From Octopus vulgaris (lineage: Eukaryota), in the NCBI GenBank assembly GCA_951406725.2, contig OX597815.1:73718001-73782000 (forward strand): a stretch of 64,000 bases of DNA, read 5' to 3'. Each line of letters starts with the position of its first letter. Positions within the stretch are counted from its first letter, which is position 1. The position numbers were made by a program, and so were the translations under genes. The notes under the pieces are model-generated. The model did no database searches, was not told where the DNA came from, and worked only from the letters and a program-made list of their open reading frames with translations. Shown here in pieces: positions 14,164 through 26,553 of the stretch.

Positions 14164-14198
<35 letters not shown>

Positions 14199-14521
14199 GG
14201 AGTGACAAATTAAAAAGAAGCTATATCTGGTCACTCAGAATAAAGAGCTTAAGATAAGTCTGAGAGTGAACAAAATGATTAACATGATTGTTAATCTAAA
14301 AAATGACCGGTTTCCATATAGTTTCCATCTACCATTTCCACTCACAAGCTATTGATCAGTCTGAGACTATAGAAGAAAACACTTGTCTAGGCTGCCAGAC
14401 AGTGAGATAAGACTGAAAAACCATGTGATGGCAAAACAAACTGCATATTTACACAGTCATGCCTGTGGTTATGGCCTCAAAAAAATATAACATTTACTGA
14501 ATCAATGACAGAGAGAGTTAT

Positions 14522-14746
14522 TTAACCCTTTAGCACTTAAACCAGCCATATCTGGCCAAAATATTCTACCTGCTTTATGTTAAAACCAGCCAGATCCAGC
14601 CTCTCACACCTACCCTACAATGTCATTCTAAAAATAATAATCACATCAAGATCTCAAAGTTGAGATCTTGATACATGGTTAATCCAAAACAATGTGAATA
14701 AAGAAGCATTACATCTGGCAGAGTAATCTGAATGCTAAAGGGTTAA
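14522..14746. mobile_element. ~225-bp TTAA-flanked piggyBac-type MITE, family A. Other copies at ~659-1224 (with SINE insert), 3078-3285, 26945-27138, 27185-27375, 30415-30642, 31131-31333, 55310-55525
   Basis: TTAA|CCCTTTAGCA...TGCTAAAGGG|TTAA termini and a shared internal sequence across copies. Confidence 0.85.
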
Positions 14747-15298
14747 GTGTATCATGGAATTATTATTGCTATTAGTTATGTGGTTTGATCTTCAATATCA
14801 CCTTTACATCAAAGGAGAGTATTGTGTGCAAAGAACTGGAAGCTGAGGTGTTTTCTCAGTGAGAATAACTTGTATATATGGTGGATGAAATTAGGAAATG
14901 TATGTTGAATAAATGGGTACGTTTCTAGTGTATATGATGAACAAAAGTAGGATATGGTGAATAACAGGAGTATGCTAGCATTTAAAGGTAAAAATCAACA
15001 ATCAGCACAGCACTTATGACACGTAAACATGTTAATTATAAGTAACAATGTAATAAGCAGATCAATGACGGTTTATGATGTGTACAATTGGCTGTAGATG
15101 AATATGACAAATGTAACTGACTTCAAGCAAAGATAACTAACTACAAATTCTGTATGTCTCATTTGATTATATAATATTTTTCTATAACAATGCATTCACT
15201 GTTCTTAGATCAGCCAACAACTTTTGATATTTATGTGTATGTGTGTGTGTTTTTACCCATACCAATGGCCAGCTTTAGTTCAACTAATGCAGACTTAC

Positions 15299-15395
15299 CA
15301 TCGACATCAATATTGGGATCAACAATATCAATATTTATGACAGATTCATCAGATTCTTTCCATGATCCATTGAACATACAAGCAAAGTAGGCTGA
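15299..15395 (-). CDS. GMCL1: GMCL1 exon 3 (SAYFACMFNGSWKESDESVINIDIVDPNIDVD)
   Basis: AG/GT bounded, 97 nt; BTB motif YF..MF.GSWKES. Confidence 0.95.
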
Positions 15396-15740
15396 CTGGA
15401 AGAAAAAAGAAAGGAGAAATGCTCAATCAATTTCTGTACAAATATCAAAAATGAATATTACACATCAATTAAGCTGGCCACTTTTCAATCAGAAACTGCT
15501 TCCTAAAACAACAAGAACTAATGATGAATTAGAAAGACATATCCTGCAACTCATTACTCTATTACTTGTTTCAGTCATTGTAGTAGAGGTAGGTAAGACA
15601 GCAAAAGGACATAGTATGTACATGGATCAGAAGTTGGAATAATTTTTTAAGTGACTTTATGCTTATCTGTCAAGTGGTCTTTCAATGGATGTGATAGAGG
15701 CTGAACATGTGCAGCAGTAAAACCATCCTAGATATGATAG

Positions 15741-16609
15741 TACAAGGTGAGGTCAAAAAGTTCTTGGACTAGTTCTGTAGCATGCCAACAGACGGCAGTA
15801 CACAGTTGCATGTGCAGTGAAAGCTAGCAGTGATCTTCATGAGGCAGTGTGCCAGGTGACATTGCTGTGTTTACTTTGCAATTTGTGAAATTTATGTTTT
15901 TATGTTCACATGTATGCTGTAGTTTGTGATTTTATCATGGACAGGAACAAATTTTGCATTAAACTTGGGAAGTCTGCTACAAAGCCATTGAGTATGCTTC
16001 AGCAAGCTTACAGTGATGTAATTTCAAGTGGCACAGGTGCTTCAAAAGCGGAAGAATATCCCTAGAAGATGTTGAACAATCTGAAAGACCTGCCATAAGT
16101 GTCACCCCTAGAAATGTGGTATTATGCATCCAGAATTTGTCCCCCAGACCCAGACCATCAATTGAGAGTTCTTCTGTGATGTTTTGAAGTATTTGAAGGA
16201 GGATATTTGGTGAAAGCAGCCAGATTTGTGGAGTGAAAAGAATTGGATTCTTTACACTGACAACACACTCTATCACTGAGTTCTCTTCACTTGTGAGTTT
16301 CTCACCAAAGACAACATGTATCACTTCTGCACATGCCTTATTTGTCAGATTTAGCATCTCTTCCCCAAGATGAAAATGCAGCTCAAAGGCCAGTGTTTTA
16401 AAACTTATCAAGATCCAGAGTGAATTGCAGAAGATCCTTGACTTGCTTACGAAAAACAACTTCCAGGCTGGATTCCAAAAGTGGCAGGAATGCTGGGACC
16501 GGTGTATTGCTGTACAAGGTGACCATTTTGAAGGAGATGGTGTTAAAACTTAGTTATTTTTTTTTTATTAAACATCACTAGTCTGTGAACCTTTTGATAC
16601 CACCTTGTA
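15741..16609 (+). mobile_element. Degenerate, internally deleted mariner element
   Basis: Imperfect TIRs TACAAGGTGAGGTCAAAAAGTTC / GAACCTTTTGATACCACCTTGTA; remnants of transposase C-terminus (FQKWQECWDRCIAVQGDHFEG). Confidence 0.8.
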
Positions 16610-17901
16610 TTACTCTATTGTAGGGCTCACTGGAGCTTTATGGCAGTAGTGATGTTTCCAGCATGAATGCAAGGCATGAAATACAATGGCATAAGATATG
16701 CCAATGAATGCAAATAACAAATTTGGTTTTAAATCTTCTGGTTTTATGAGACACAGTTGGGAAAGAGGGAGCATCACCATCATCATTATTATTACCTAAT
16801 GTCCATTTTCTATGCTGGCATGTATTGGATGGTTTGACAGGATCTGGTGTGCTGAAGGAATGTGTTCAGTTCCAGTGTTAGTTCTGGCATAGTTTCTATG
16901 GCTGGATGCCCTTCCTAATGCCAACCACTTTATAGTGTGTACTGAGTGACTTTTCATGCTACCAGCATTACTGAGGACACCAGTATACCTTACATCAATT
17001 ATATGGCTTTGACTTTCAAAACTGCATGCTCTGTCTTAAGTACCATGAGTTATCTCTGCATAGAAGGTTAATAATTAGTGTGGCGATGAAGTATTTTATA
17101 ACCAGTCTTTGTGATACAGTCTTTACTGAGGCGATGCATTCACCAGGAGAGATCTGTAGTGACCTTGCAGATGTTCCATTTTTTTACAAAGAGTATGACT
17201 GTCTTTGTGCTGTTTAAAGAAACTAGATTGGTATAAGCCCACTGAAGGATGTTTCTGAGATCTCTGTTCATGGCATTATGTTCTTCGAATCTAGTGCTCT
17301 TAGCTTAGATTTTCTTGGGGGCAGTCTCAAGAGTAACCAGCTGAAACTGCAAAGACGATCTGGTACTCAACTGAAGATTGAAAGCTCCGAATGACTCGTC
17401 CTTGTTTTTCCTGTCCTTTTTCGTATTGTCTAACTGTCTGGATGTTTTGTTGTCGCTTGTTACAGTCTTGTTCCATTTTTTGTTTTGTTCCTTCAGTTTC
17501 CATTAATCAAATCCACTCTGGTTGGCCCGAGGCTATAGTAAAAGACACTTGCTTAAAATGCTATGCAGTGGGACTGAACCCAGAACCAGGTGGCTAGGAA
17601 GCAAGCCTCTCACCACACAGCCACACCTGTATATAAGTATCACTTTGTATCCCTTATTTCCATCACTTTCAGCTTCCATCTACCAAATCCATTCACATGG
17701 CTTTGGTCAACCCAAGGCCATTGCTGAAGACACTTATTCAAGGTGTTACATATGAAAACCATATTGTTGAGAAACAAGATTCTTAACCAAACAACCACAA
17801 TTAAAAAAAAAAAAACTAAAATCAAAGACATTGAGGTCCCTTGGCATTATATAATAATTTCACTGCATATTTCAAAACACTGAATGCAAAGAGTTACTTA
17901 C

Positions 17902-18025
17902 TTGACTTATATACATTTTGTGTAGGCGCCATTCTTGACCCAATGCTTTGATTGTGATATCACTGCCTTGCCCATTTACAAAAAGAGTATCATAAATATG
18001 TTTCGTTGTAGATTTCAACCTTCGT
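17902..18025 (-). CDS. GMCL1: GMCL1 exon 2 (RRLKSTTKHIYDTLFVNGQGSDITIKALGQEWRLHKMYISQ; start of BTB domain)
   Basis: AG/GT bounded, 124 nt; resembles vertebrate GMCL1 KLKSTSKYIYQTLFLNGENSDIKICALGEEWSLHKIYLCQ as recalled. Confidence 0.95.
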
Positions 18026-19334
18026 CTGAAAGAAGAGAAAAAAAAAGGATTAATGGAATTTATATTTTATTATAAATATTAGACTTATGTAAATTGTTAA
18101 TATGGCTCAGTGGTTAGAGCATCAGGCTGACAATCATGAGGTAGTGAGTTCAATTCCTGGACTGGGCTGTGTGTTGTGTAGAAAACACTTGCCCAAGGTG
18201 CCATGCAGTGGGACTGAACCCAGACCCATGTGGATGGGAAGCAAGCTTCTTACCATACAGCAACACCTCTACCTATGATTATTTTAATTAAATAATCTTA
18301 ATTAGAATTGTTCCTATAGGATGATCATGACTGGAAGGTCTTCATCTACTTGATCAAATCTTACTTAGAGCTAAACAATAAAAACTTCAAAGTAAATTTA
18401 TTACAAAAAAAAAAGAAGAAATTTTACAAAATATAAGGAAGGCTGTGAAGTAATAAGTTTGCTTCCTAACCATATAGGTTCAGTCTCACTGTGTGGCACC
18501 TTGGGCAAGTGTCTTCTAATATAACCTTGGGCCAACTAAAGCCTTGTGAGTAGATTTGGTAGACAGAAAGTGAAAGAAGCCTGTTTTGTGTGTGTCTTTG
18601 TTGTTCCCCACCAGTGCTTGGCAACTGGTGTTGGTGTGTTTATGTCCCTGTAACTTAGTGGTTTGGTGAGAGAGAATGTTAGAATAAGTAAGCACTGGGG
18701 TCAATTCACTCAACTAAAAATTCTTCAATGCAGTGCCCCAGCATGGCCACAGTCTAATGACTGAAACCAATAAAAGATAAAAGATAATTAAAAAATACAA
18801 GATATAAAACATTTTTTTAATTTATTTTCATTTGGTCATCCTGACACATTCACCATCCTTCGGTGACCTTTCTCTTAACACTGTGTTTAGGGACTGAACA
18901 AACTCATAAATTAAATCTATTTCTCATTTTATTTTAGTCTAAATTGCAAGTTATTTGCGAGCTCAGTTGGAGTGTACAGATTGCAAAGTTAGCATTAGCA
19001 TTTAATACTAGTAATGGTTTTTTGGGGTTTTTTTTTTTTTTTTGACAATAGAGAAGAAAATTATATAGAATTGGCAGTTCATCAGACAGAGATAAAGAGG
19101 AACTAAGTAAATGCCATAACATAGTAATTTTAGAATAGTAATTAGCAGAATGCTGACTTGTGAATACATCATGATTGTACTAACTATGATTGTGATTATG
19201 TGAAGGTCTGCCACAGCTACCAAACTAACATGTTGCTGTAATGAGGTACTGCTACTATACTTTGTAGTAGCTGAAATACTTTATTTCCTATTATATCCAA
19301 AAACTTTCTTGCTCCACATGCCTTCCATCTAAAA

Positions 19335-19681
19335 TTGGCAATCTCAACCATTTTTTAATCTATGGACTCCTCTGATTACTATTTTACTCTGGTGGACACC
19401 CATAGCCATTCTTCGTTTAAAAACTAGTTTTATAGAAAGTTCTTTCAAAATTCCCATTTTGTTTTTTACACATTAACTTGTGTAGGTTGAACTATGTAAA
19501 ATGTTAGTGAAACAAACATAGCTGTTTCTTGCAATACATACAAATACATACATCTAAAGCAAAATCTTTTCAGGGGCTCTTAAAATACTATTGTGGATCC
19601 TGAATTTATTTTGTTGTGTGGATCCCCAAAAATCTTATATGGACCCTCAGGGGCCATATGGACTCCAGTTGAGAACCACTG
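19335..19681. mobile_element. hAT-like MITE
   Basis: Right end GTTGAGAACCACTG (reverse complement CAGTGGTTCTCAAC); left end degenerate TCTCAAC. Confidence 0.55.
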
Positions 19682-20472
19682 ATTTAAAGCTTATTTGCTC
19701 TCTTACATTTTTCATCATGTCCTGAATGCTATCTTGCTGGCCCCTCTCTCAGTTCTTAACCACTTCCTCTTTGACACTGTAATACACACACCAATCAGGA
19801 AGCACAACCCTTTTTTAAATAAGCAATTATAGGTGCAGGCATAGCTATGTGGTAAGAAGTTTGCTTCCCAACCACACTGTTCCAGGTGTCAGTCCCATTG
19901 TGTGGCATCCTAGGTATCTTCTACTATAGCCCCAGGCCGACAGAAGCCCTGTGAGTGAATTTGGCAGACAGAAACAGAAAGAAGCCCAATGTATACATAC
20001 ATAATTCTAGCTGTGTATTTATATAACGTTGTTTATCCTAAAATGTACAACATATCAACGGAAAACAAATAATTTATACGATCACATGTGCTGGAAGCAG
20101 CAATGTTTTTTTAAAATAGTTTTTTTCTAGTATATCCCCTTACATTTATATAATGCATTTAAGAACAAACACCAAAGATTCTGAGTTTCCATATATTTTT
20201 GAACTAAAATTATTTTTTGATTAAACTAGCGTTAGAAATATATGCTATAAAAAACAAAATATATTCATTCACATACTTAAAATGCAAACTAAATATATTT
20301 ATATACAAAAGAAAATATATACATAAACAATTATTAGACAAAAATATATAGACTTTAAATGCTGGCCACTAACAAATTTTTCTGCAATATAAAGATGTTC
20401 TATCTTATTTATGCTATTCAGCATTATTATTATGCGTTTGAGGATAAAATATTTCCATATCTGTATATTTCA

Positions 20473-20506
<34 letters not shown>

Positions 20507-20829
20507 TATTTCTTACTTGTTTCAGTTATTTGACAGTGTCCATACTGGGGCACTACCTTGAAGGGTTTTAATCGAACAAATCAACTCCAGGACTTTTTTT
20601 TTTTAAAGCCTAGTACTCATTCTATCAGTCTCTTTTGCTGAACTCCAAAATTTCAGGGATGTAAACACACCTTCACTGGTTGTCAAGCGGTGGTGGGGGA
20701 CAAACACAGACACAAAGACATAAATATATATACATTTATACAACACTTGCCCAAGGTGCCATGCAGTGGGGCTGAACCTGGAACCATGTTGTTGGGAAGC
20801 AAGCTGTTTACCACGTAGACACGTCTGTG

Positions 20830-20881
<52 letters not shown>

Positions 20882-20964
20882 GGTCCCGGGTTGATTTGGG
20901 GTTAACCACAGTAAATAAGGTACTCAATACATAGCAGAGTAAAATTAATTTATTATATAGAATG

Positions 20965-21015
20965 AGCTTCTACAGGACTAGAACTGTTTCATTCAAGAGA
21001 AATCATCAGGAAGCT
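20965..21015 (-). ncRNA. Type I hammerhead ribozyme motif in left arm of a long inverted repeat (sense to GMCL1 intron 1)
   Basis: Reverse complement of 23496-23546. Confidence 0.75.
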
Positions 21016-21333
21016 AGTTAACAAGAATTGTATTGGCATTTATACATTTAGGCAGGTTTAAAGGGGTGGTGGTGGGGGACTTTTTGGGGGTAGGCATAGC
21101 GCAAAAATATCATACTTGGGGGAGTGGTCAAGGAGTCAGTGGTAAATTAGATAAAAGAATAAATAAAAGAATAAAAAAATATATAGAAGAATAGAGTTTT
21201 AGGTAAATAAGGAGATTCTCACTTATACATATACACATATGTATATATATACACACACACACACACATATACATACACACATACATACACACACACACAC
21301 ATATATATACACATATATATACATACATATATC

Positions 21334-21375
<42 letters not shown>

Positions 21376-21536
21376 TATGCATATACATATACACACACAC
21401 ATGTATATATACACACACGACCACACATACATATACACACAAAATGTGTATGTGTATGTATGTATATATATGTGTGTGTGTGAGTATGTTTGTATATGTA
21501 TGTATATATGTATATATGTGTGTTTGTGTATGTGTG

Positions 21537-21570
<34 letters not shown>

Positions 21571-21587
21571 AATATGTGTGTGTATAT

Positions 21588-21643
<56 letters not shown>

Positions 21644-21701
21644 AAGTGTGTGTATATATGTATGTGTAAGTGTGTGTGTGTGTATGAGTATGTATGCACA
21701 C

Positions 21702-21739
<38 letters not shown>

Positions 21740-21767
21740 GTGTGTTATACACATATACATACATATA

Positions 21768-21820
<53 letters not shown>

Positions 21821-21851
21821 ATGTGTATGTGTGTGTATGTGTATGTATATG

Positions 21852-21898
<47 letters not shown>

Positions 21899-22029
21899 AT
21901 GTATATGTATGTATGTATGTGTGTGTATGTGTATGTGTATATGTACATATACGTGTACGCTCGTGTGTTTATGTATATGTAGGTACGTACAGTTATGTAT
22001 GTGTGTATGTATATGTACATATGTGTAAG

Positions 22030-22080
<51 letters not shown>

Positions 22081-22442
22081 AAGTTTATATGTATGTATCC
22101 GTCTGTATAATAGGTAACTGCACGTATATATACTTAATATTTATTATTTATTTTTTGAGTATGCATGTATGTATATGAATAACTGCACGTATATATATTT
22201 TATTATTTATTTTTTGAGTATGCATGTAAGTATATGAACATAAGGAGGCGCGTGTGTGTGTGTGTATGTGTAAGCATATGTATAGATATATGTATACTTT
22301 TACGCATGTGTGTACTTATGTGTATATATGGATGCGCGTGTGTGTGTGTATGGGTACGCATGTATATGTGTATGTTTGTGTATGTGTATATGTGTATGTA
22401 TGTGTGTGTGTATATATGTATATGTATGTATGTACATGTATG

Positions 22443-22487
<45 letters not shown>

Positions 22488-22613
22488 ATATATATGTGTA
22501 TGTGTATATGTATGTGTATGTATGCGCATATATGTATGTATATGTATACGTGTGGGTGTGTGTATGTGTATATATGTATGTATGTATGGGTGTATGTATG
22601 TATGTATATATAC

Positions 22614-22667
<54 letters not shown>

Positions 22668-23495
22668 TTGTATGTAGGTGTATATGTATGTGTGTGTATA
22701 TATATTTATTGGTGTATATGTATGGACTAGTCTTCTAAGCGTGTAGACATGAATCTGTAGGTACGCGTACGTATGTGTCTATATGTGAATGTATGTAGAT
22801 GTATGTATGTATGAATATAACGCGTGCGTGTATGTGTATGAGTGTACGAATGAGTGAGTGTGCGTGCGTGAGTGAGTGCTTGTGTTCAAGTAGAAAGATA
22901 AATGGACTTGCTGTCGTAGCCAAGATGCTTGTGTAGCCAAGATGCTTGTGACCCGCGGTCAAAGATAACAAAAGTAATAAATGAAGATAATAAAATTAAA
23001 ATTAGGGAATGGGTTTGTATTTGTATGTATATGTGTGTATGTGTAGGTATGTATAGGTACACATATGTATATGTATATATATATATATGTATATATGTGT
23101 ATATAGGGACTTGTGTGTGCATGTGTGTATGTGGATATGTGTGTGTATGTGTGTATGTGTATGTGTGTGTATGTATAATTTTGTGTGTATATGTATGTAT
23201 ATATATGTGTATATATATATGTGTTTGTATGTATGTGTGTATGTATGTGTGTGTGTGTGTATATATATACATATGTGTATATGTATAAGTAAGAATCTCC
23301 TTATTTACCTAAAACTCTATTCTTCTATATATTTTTTTATTCTTTTATTTATTCTTTTATCTAATTTACCACTGACTCCTTGACCACTCCCCCAAGTATG
23401 ATATTTTTGCGCTATGCCTACCCCCAAAAAGTCCCCCACCACCACCCCTTTAAACCTGCCTAAATGTATAAATGCCAATACAATTCTTGTTAACT

Positions 23496-23546
23496 AGCTT
23501 CCTGATGATTTCTCTTGAATGAAACAGTTCTAGTCCTGTAGAAGCT
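23496..23546 (+). ncRNA. Type I hammerhead ribozyme motif in right arm of a long inverted repeat
   Basis: AGCTTC-CTGATGA-tTTCtcttGAAt-GAAA-CAG-ttctagtc-CTG-TA-GAAGCT: 6-bp stem I, GUA cleavage triplet. Confidence 0.75.
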
Positions 23547-23551
23547 CCTTC

Positions 23552-23595
<44 letters not shown>

Positions 23596-24091
23596 ATATC
23601 TATAAAGCTGAAATGCGGAAAAGTTGTTTGATTTCTTGGTTATTTGTCTCATTTTGGGATGGGATCGGTTTAAGGGGCACTAGATGGAGTTGGATTGGTG
23701 CCAAAATTTACACTGGGGGTAAAATGGGGTGGGCAATGGTGTGAGGAGAGTTGCAAGTTGCTCGGGGCTAAGGTGAGAAATATGGGAAAAAGAGAAAAGA
23801 AAGAGTGGAAGAGGAAGAAGAAAAAATAAAAGAAAAAGAAGAGGGCAATAAAAATAACCAGGCAAAGAAGATGAACAAAAGAAGAAAGGGAAAAGGAGAC
23901 ATGCACAAAACAACACCACCACCGAAACCTGAGCGAAGCACGCTTCAAAATAGCTAGTCTTATATATAAATGGCAATTTCTGTTTGTCCATCTGTCTGTT
24001 ACCAACTTAGTGCTTAAACCACAGAACCAATATTCATGAAACTTTGCATACATGTGACATTAATATCCAGTTCAATAATAAAATAAAAATG

Positions 24092-24322
24092 AAGGCGGCG
24101 AGCTGGCAGAAACGTTAGCACGCCGGGCGAAATGTGTAGCCGTATTTCGTTTGCCATTACGTTCTGGTTTCAAATTCCGCCGAGGTCGACTTTGCCTTTC
24201 ATCCTTTCAGGGTCGATAAATTAAGTACCAGTTACGCACTGGGGTTGATGTAATCGACTTAATCCGTTTGTCTGTCCTTGTTTGTCCCCTCTGTGTTTAG
24301 CCCCTTGTGGGTAGTAAAGAAA
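24092..24322 (+). mobile_element. tRNA-derived SINE with Meta-like central domain; many copies in the window, including a cluster at ~34370-35350
   Basis: A/B-box-like head and recurrent GACTTTGCCTTTCATCCTTTCGGGGTCGATAAA..AAGTACCAG block. Confidence 0.8.
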
Positions 24323-24407
24323 TATATATGATAAAATAAAAAGGTTGCAAAATTATAAATCTGAGAGAGAGGGTGATTTCTATCACGAAGGTGAGAACAG
24401 AAAGTAG

Positions 24408-24500
24408 AAGTCAGATGAAGAGAGGGGGAAGTCAGATGAAGAGAGGGGGAAGTCAGATGAAGAGATGAGGGGAGAGTTAGATGAAGAGAGGAGGGGAGAG
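24408..24500 (+). repeat. Minisatellite, ~21-24-bp unit AGTCAGATGAAGAGAGGGGGA x4
   Basis: Direct reading. Confidence 0.8.
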
Positions 24501-24509
24501 AATCGAGCT

Positions 24510-24870
24510 TCTGTGGCACAAAGGAGTGAAGAGAGAAGATTAATTCCAGTTCACAGCAAAGGCAGGAGTCTGGATGGCCCCTGTGCAAAGACAATCCAAA
24601 CACAGACAGATGTTGTGGTGAATGACTGGTAGAGCAGAAATGGCATGAAATCAGGGTGTCATTGCCAGTGCTCCTCGAACCAGTCGGCCAAACAGCATCC
24701 TGTTTGACGGATGTACAGGGAAGAGCAGAAAGAGCAGGAGATGCAGTAAATGACGTTACTGGAAGTGCAGGTAAAGGACTTGGTGATGCGATAGGGATGA
24801 TGATAGGTGCCTGTGAGGAGGGTGGTGTTGGTGAGGTGGGGGCAAGTACGGTAGCAGGGAAACACACACA
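24510..24870 (-). mobile_element. Penelope-like element fragment (GIY-YIG endonuclease remnant)
   Basis: SFTCTSSNVIYCISCSFCSSLYIRQTGCCLADWFEEH matches the NVIY..C..C..YIG.T.R.L..RF.EH pattern. Confidence 0.8.
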
Positions 24871-25954
24871 CGTATATTATCATCATTATCCTCCTCTTTT
24901 AACATCTGTTTTCTATGCTGGCATGGGTTGGACAGTTACACAGGAATTGGTAAGTCAGAAGGCTGCACCAACCTCTGCTGTCTGTTTTGGCATGGTGTCT
25001 ATGACTAGGTGTGATTTCTAACAATCTGTAAAGTGGCTGCACTTTAGAGAGTGTACTGGGTGCTTGTACTGGATGGCAATAGCAATAGCGGGGTCACCAA
25101 GTAACTTGCAGGACAAACAACCCCTCAGCTGAGTAGGAGACTAGTATTGAGGGACAGAAAAATTACGTTAGAGAGGAAACATAGCTGCCTCAGGTGTGTG
25201 TGTGTGGAGGGGAGAGTGAAAAGAGAGAGAGAGAGAAAGAAAGAGAGAGAAAATGGTGAAGATGTGATGGGGAATAGACTGAAGATTGGAGAGAGTGAGT
25301 GAGTGTGCTTGTGCGTTACTATCTCCTTGGCTTGACATCATGTGATAGTTGTGAGTGTTACCATCATGCAAGTAGTGTCTGTGTCCAATCTTCTATGAAA
25401 GATATAAGGAAGGCTGTGAGGTAAGAAGTTTGCTTCCTAACCACATGGTTCAGGGTTCAGTCTCATTGCATGATATCTTGGATGAGTGTCTTCTACTACA
25501 ACCTAGGGCTGACCAAAGCCTTATGAGTTGATTTGGTGGACAGAGACTAAAAGAAGCCTGTTTTATGTGTGTGTGACTTTGTGTCTATGTTGTGCCCCAC
25601 CACCACTTGACAACCAGTGCTGGTGTGTTTATGTCTCTGTAACTTAGTGGTTCAACAAAAGTGAATGTTAGAATAAGTACCAGACTTTAAAAAAAAAAAA
25701 GATAGTAAGTACTGTGGTCAAAAAAGGAAGTACATGGCCTGACCATAAGAAAAATATTAGCTCACTTGGAAACAGGTGAGGTTGGCAACAGGAAGGGTGT
25801 CCAGCTGTGGAAAAACCCACCTCAACAAAATTCCGTCTTACTCATGTAAGCATAGAAAAGTGAATGTTAAAGCAATGACGATGATGATTTAGCTACACCA
25901 ATTCCTTCATCAATGCAACTACACATATGAAAACTATTTTCACTTTTTACAATG

Positions 25955-26553
25955 TATAATAATAATAATGAAATTATTGTACACAGTGCTCAGGTGCACA
26001 ACAACTTGTCAAAAGTACGTATAAAGAATATGCAGTAATGTACAAATGTCTGGAAAGTGAACAGTGTATGAGTCAGATACATGCTTGCGTGTGTATGGAG
26101 GGGAGAAAATCAGGTGTAGTGTTGGCGAATCTCAGGAAGCATGGAAGTTTGGAAGGATGCAGTGATCCAACAACTAACAACTGATGCCGGCAGTTTGTTC
26201 CATGCTTCAGCAACTCTTAGCATGAAAAAATGTTTCCGAAAGTCATGGGAGCTGTGCTGTTTTCTGACTTTGTAAACATGTCCACGGGTGTTAGACAGAT
26301 GGAGTTTGAAAAGGTGCTTATTGTTTGTAAGATGGTTAATAATTTTATGGGTGTCTACCAAATCAGCTGCCAGACGTCGGAGTTTCAATGAATCCATGCC
26401 CAGGGAAGTAAGGCGTTCAGAATATGGCAAATACCTGATGGAGGGTATTCTCTTGGTTGCACATCGCTGAATGGCTTCCAGATGATTAATATCCTGGGCA
26501 AGATAGGGGTTCCAGATCGGTGATGCAAATTTCAGGTAAGGTCGCACCATAGC
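25955..26553 (-). mobile_element. Shorter 3' fragment of the same CR1 family
   Basis: Peptide highly similar to the C-terminus of 28258-29433; (ATT)n tail. Confidence 0.92.

Larger units (their letters stand above)
20951..23559. repeat. Near-perfect inverted repeat (~20951-21290 and ~23220-23559) enclosing ~2 kb of (TA)/(TG)/(CA) microsatellite; Penelope-like non-autonomous element
   Basis: Arms differ at only a few positions by eye and each carries a hammerhead; flanked by pure (TA)n. Confidence 0.85.

Noticed and set aside
15977-16459. 160-aa minus-strand ORF
   Set aside because: Antisense to a decayed mariner transposase.
17365-17405. CTGAAGA...GAAT...GTC hammerhead-like string (similar weak strings near 7410-7440 and 36250-36285)
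   Set aside because: The GAAA core and stem I are not intact, too degenerate to call.
21128-23383. Many overlapping 90-210 aa ORFs rich in Y/I/C/V/H/T
   Set aside because: These are translations of (TA)/(TG)/(CA) microsatellite, which lacks stop codons; not genes.
24092-24185. tRNA-like A/B boxes here and in other SINE heads
   Set aside because: No complete cloverleaf; these are heads of multi-copy SINEs.
24408-24500. Short regular repeats resembling a CRISPR array
   Set aside because: Tandem units without unique spacers, no cas genes, and a eukaryotic context.
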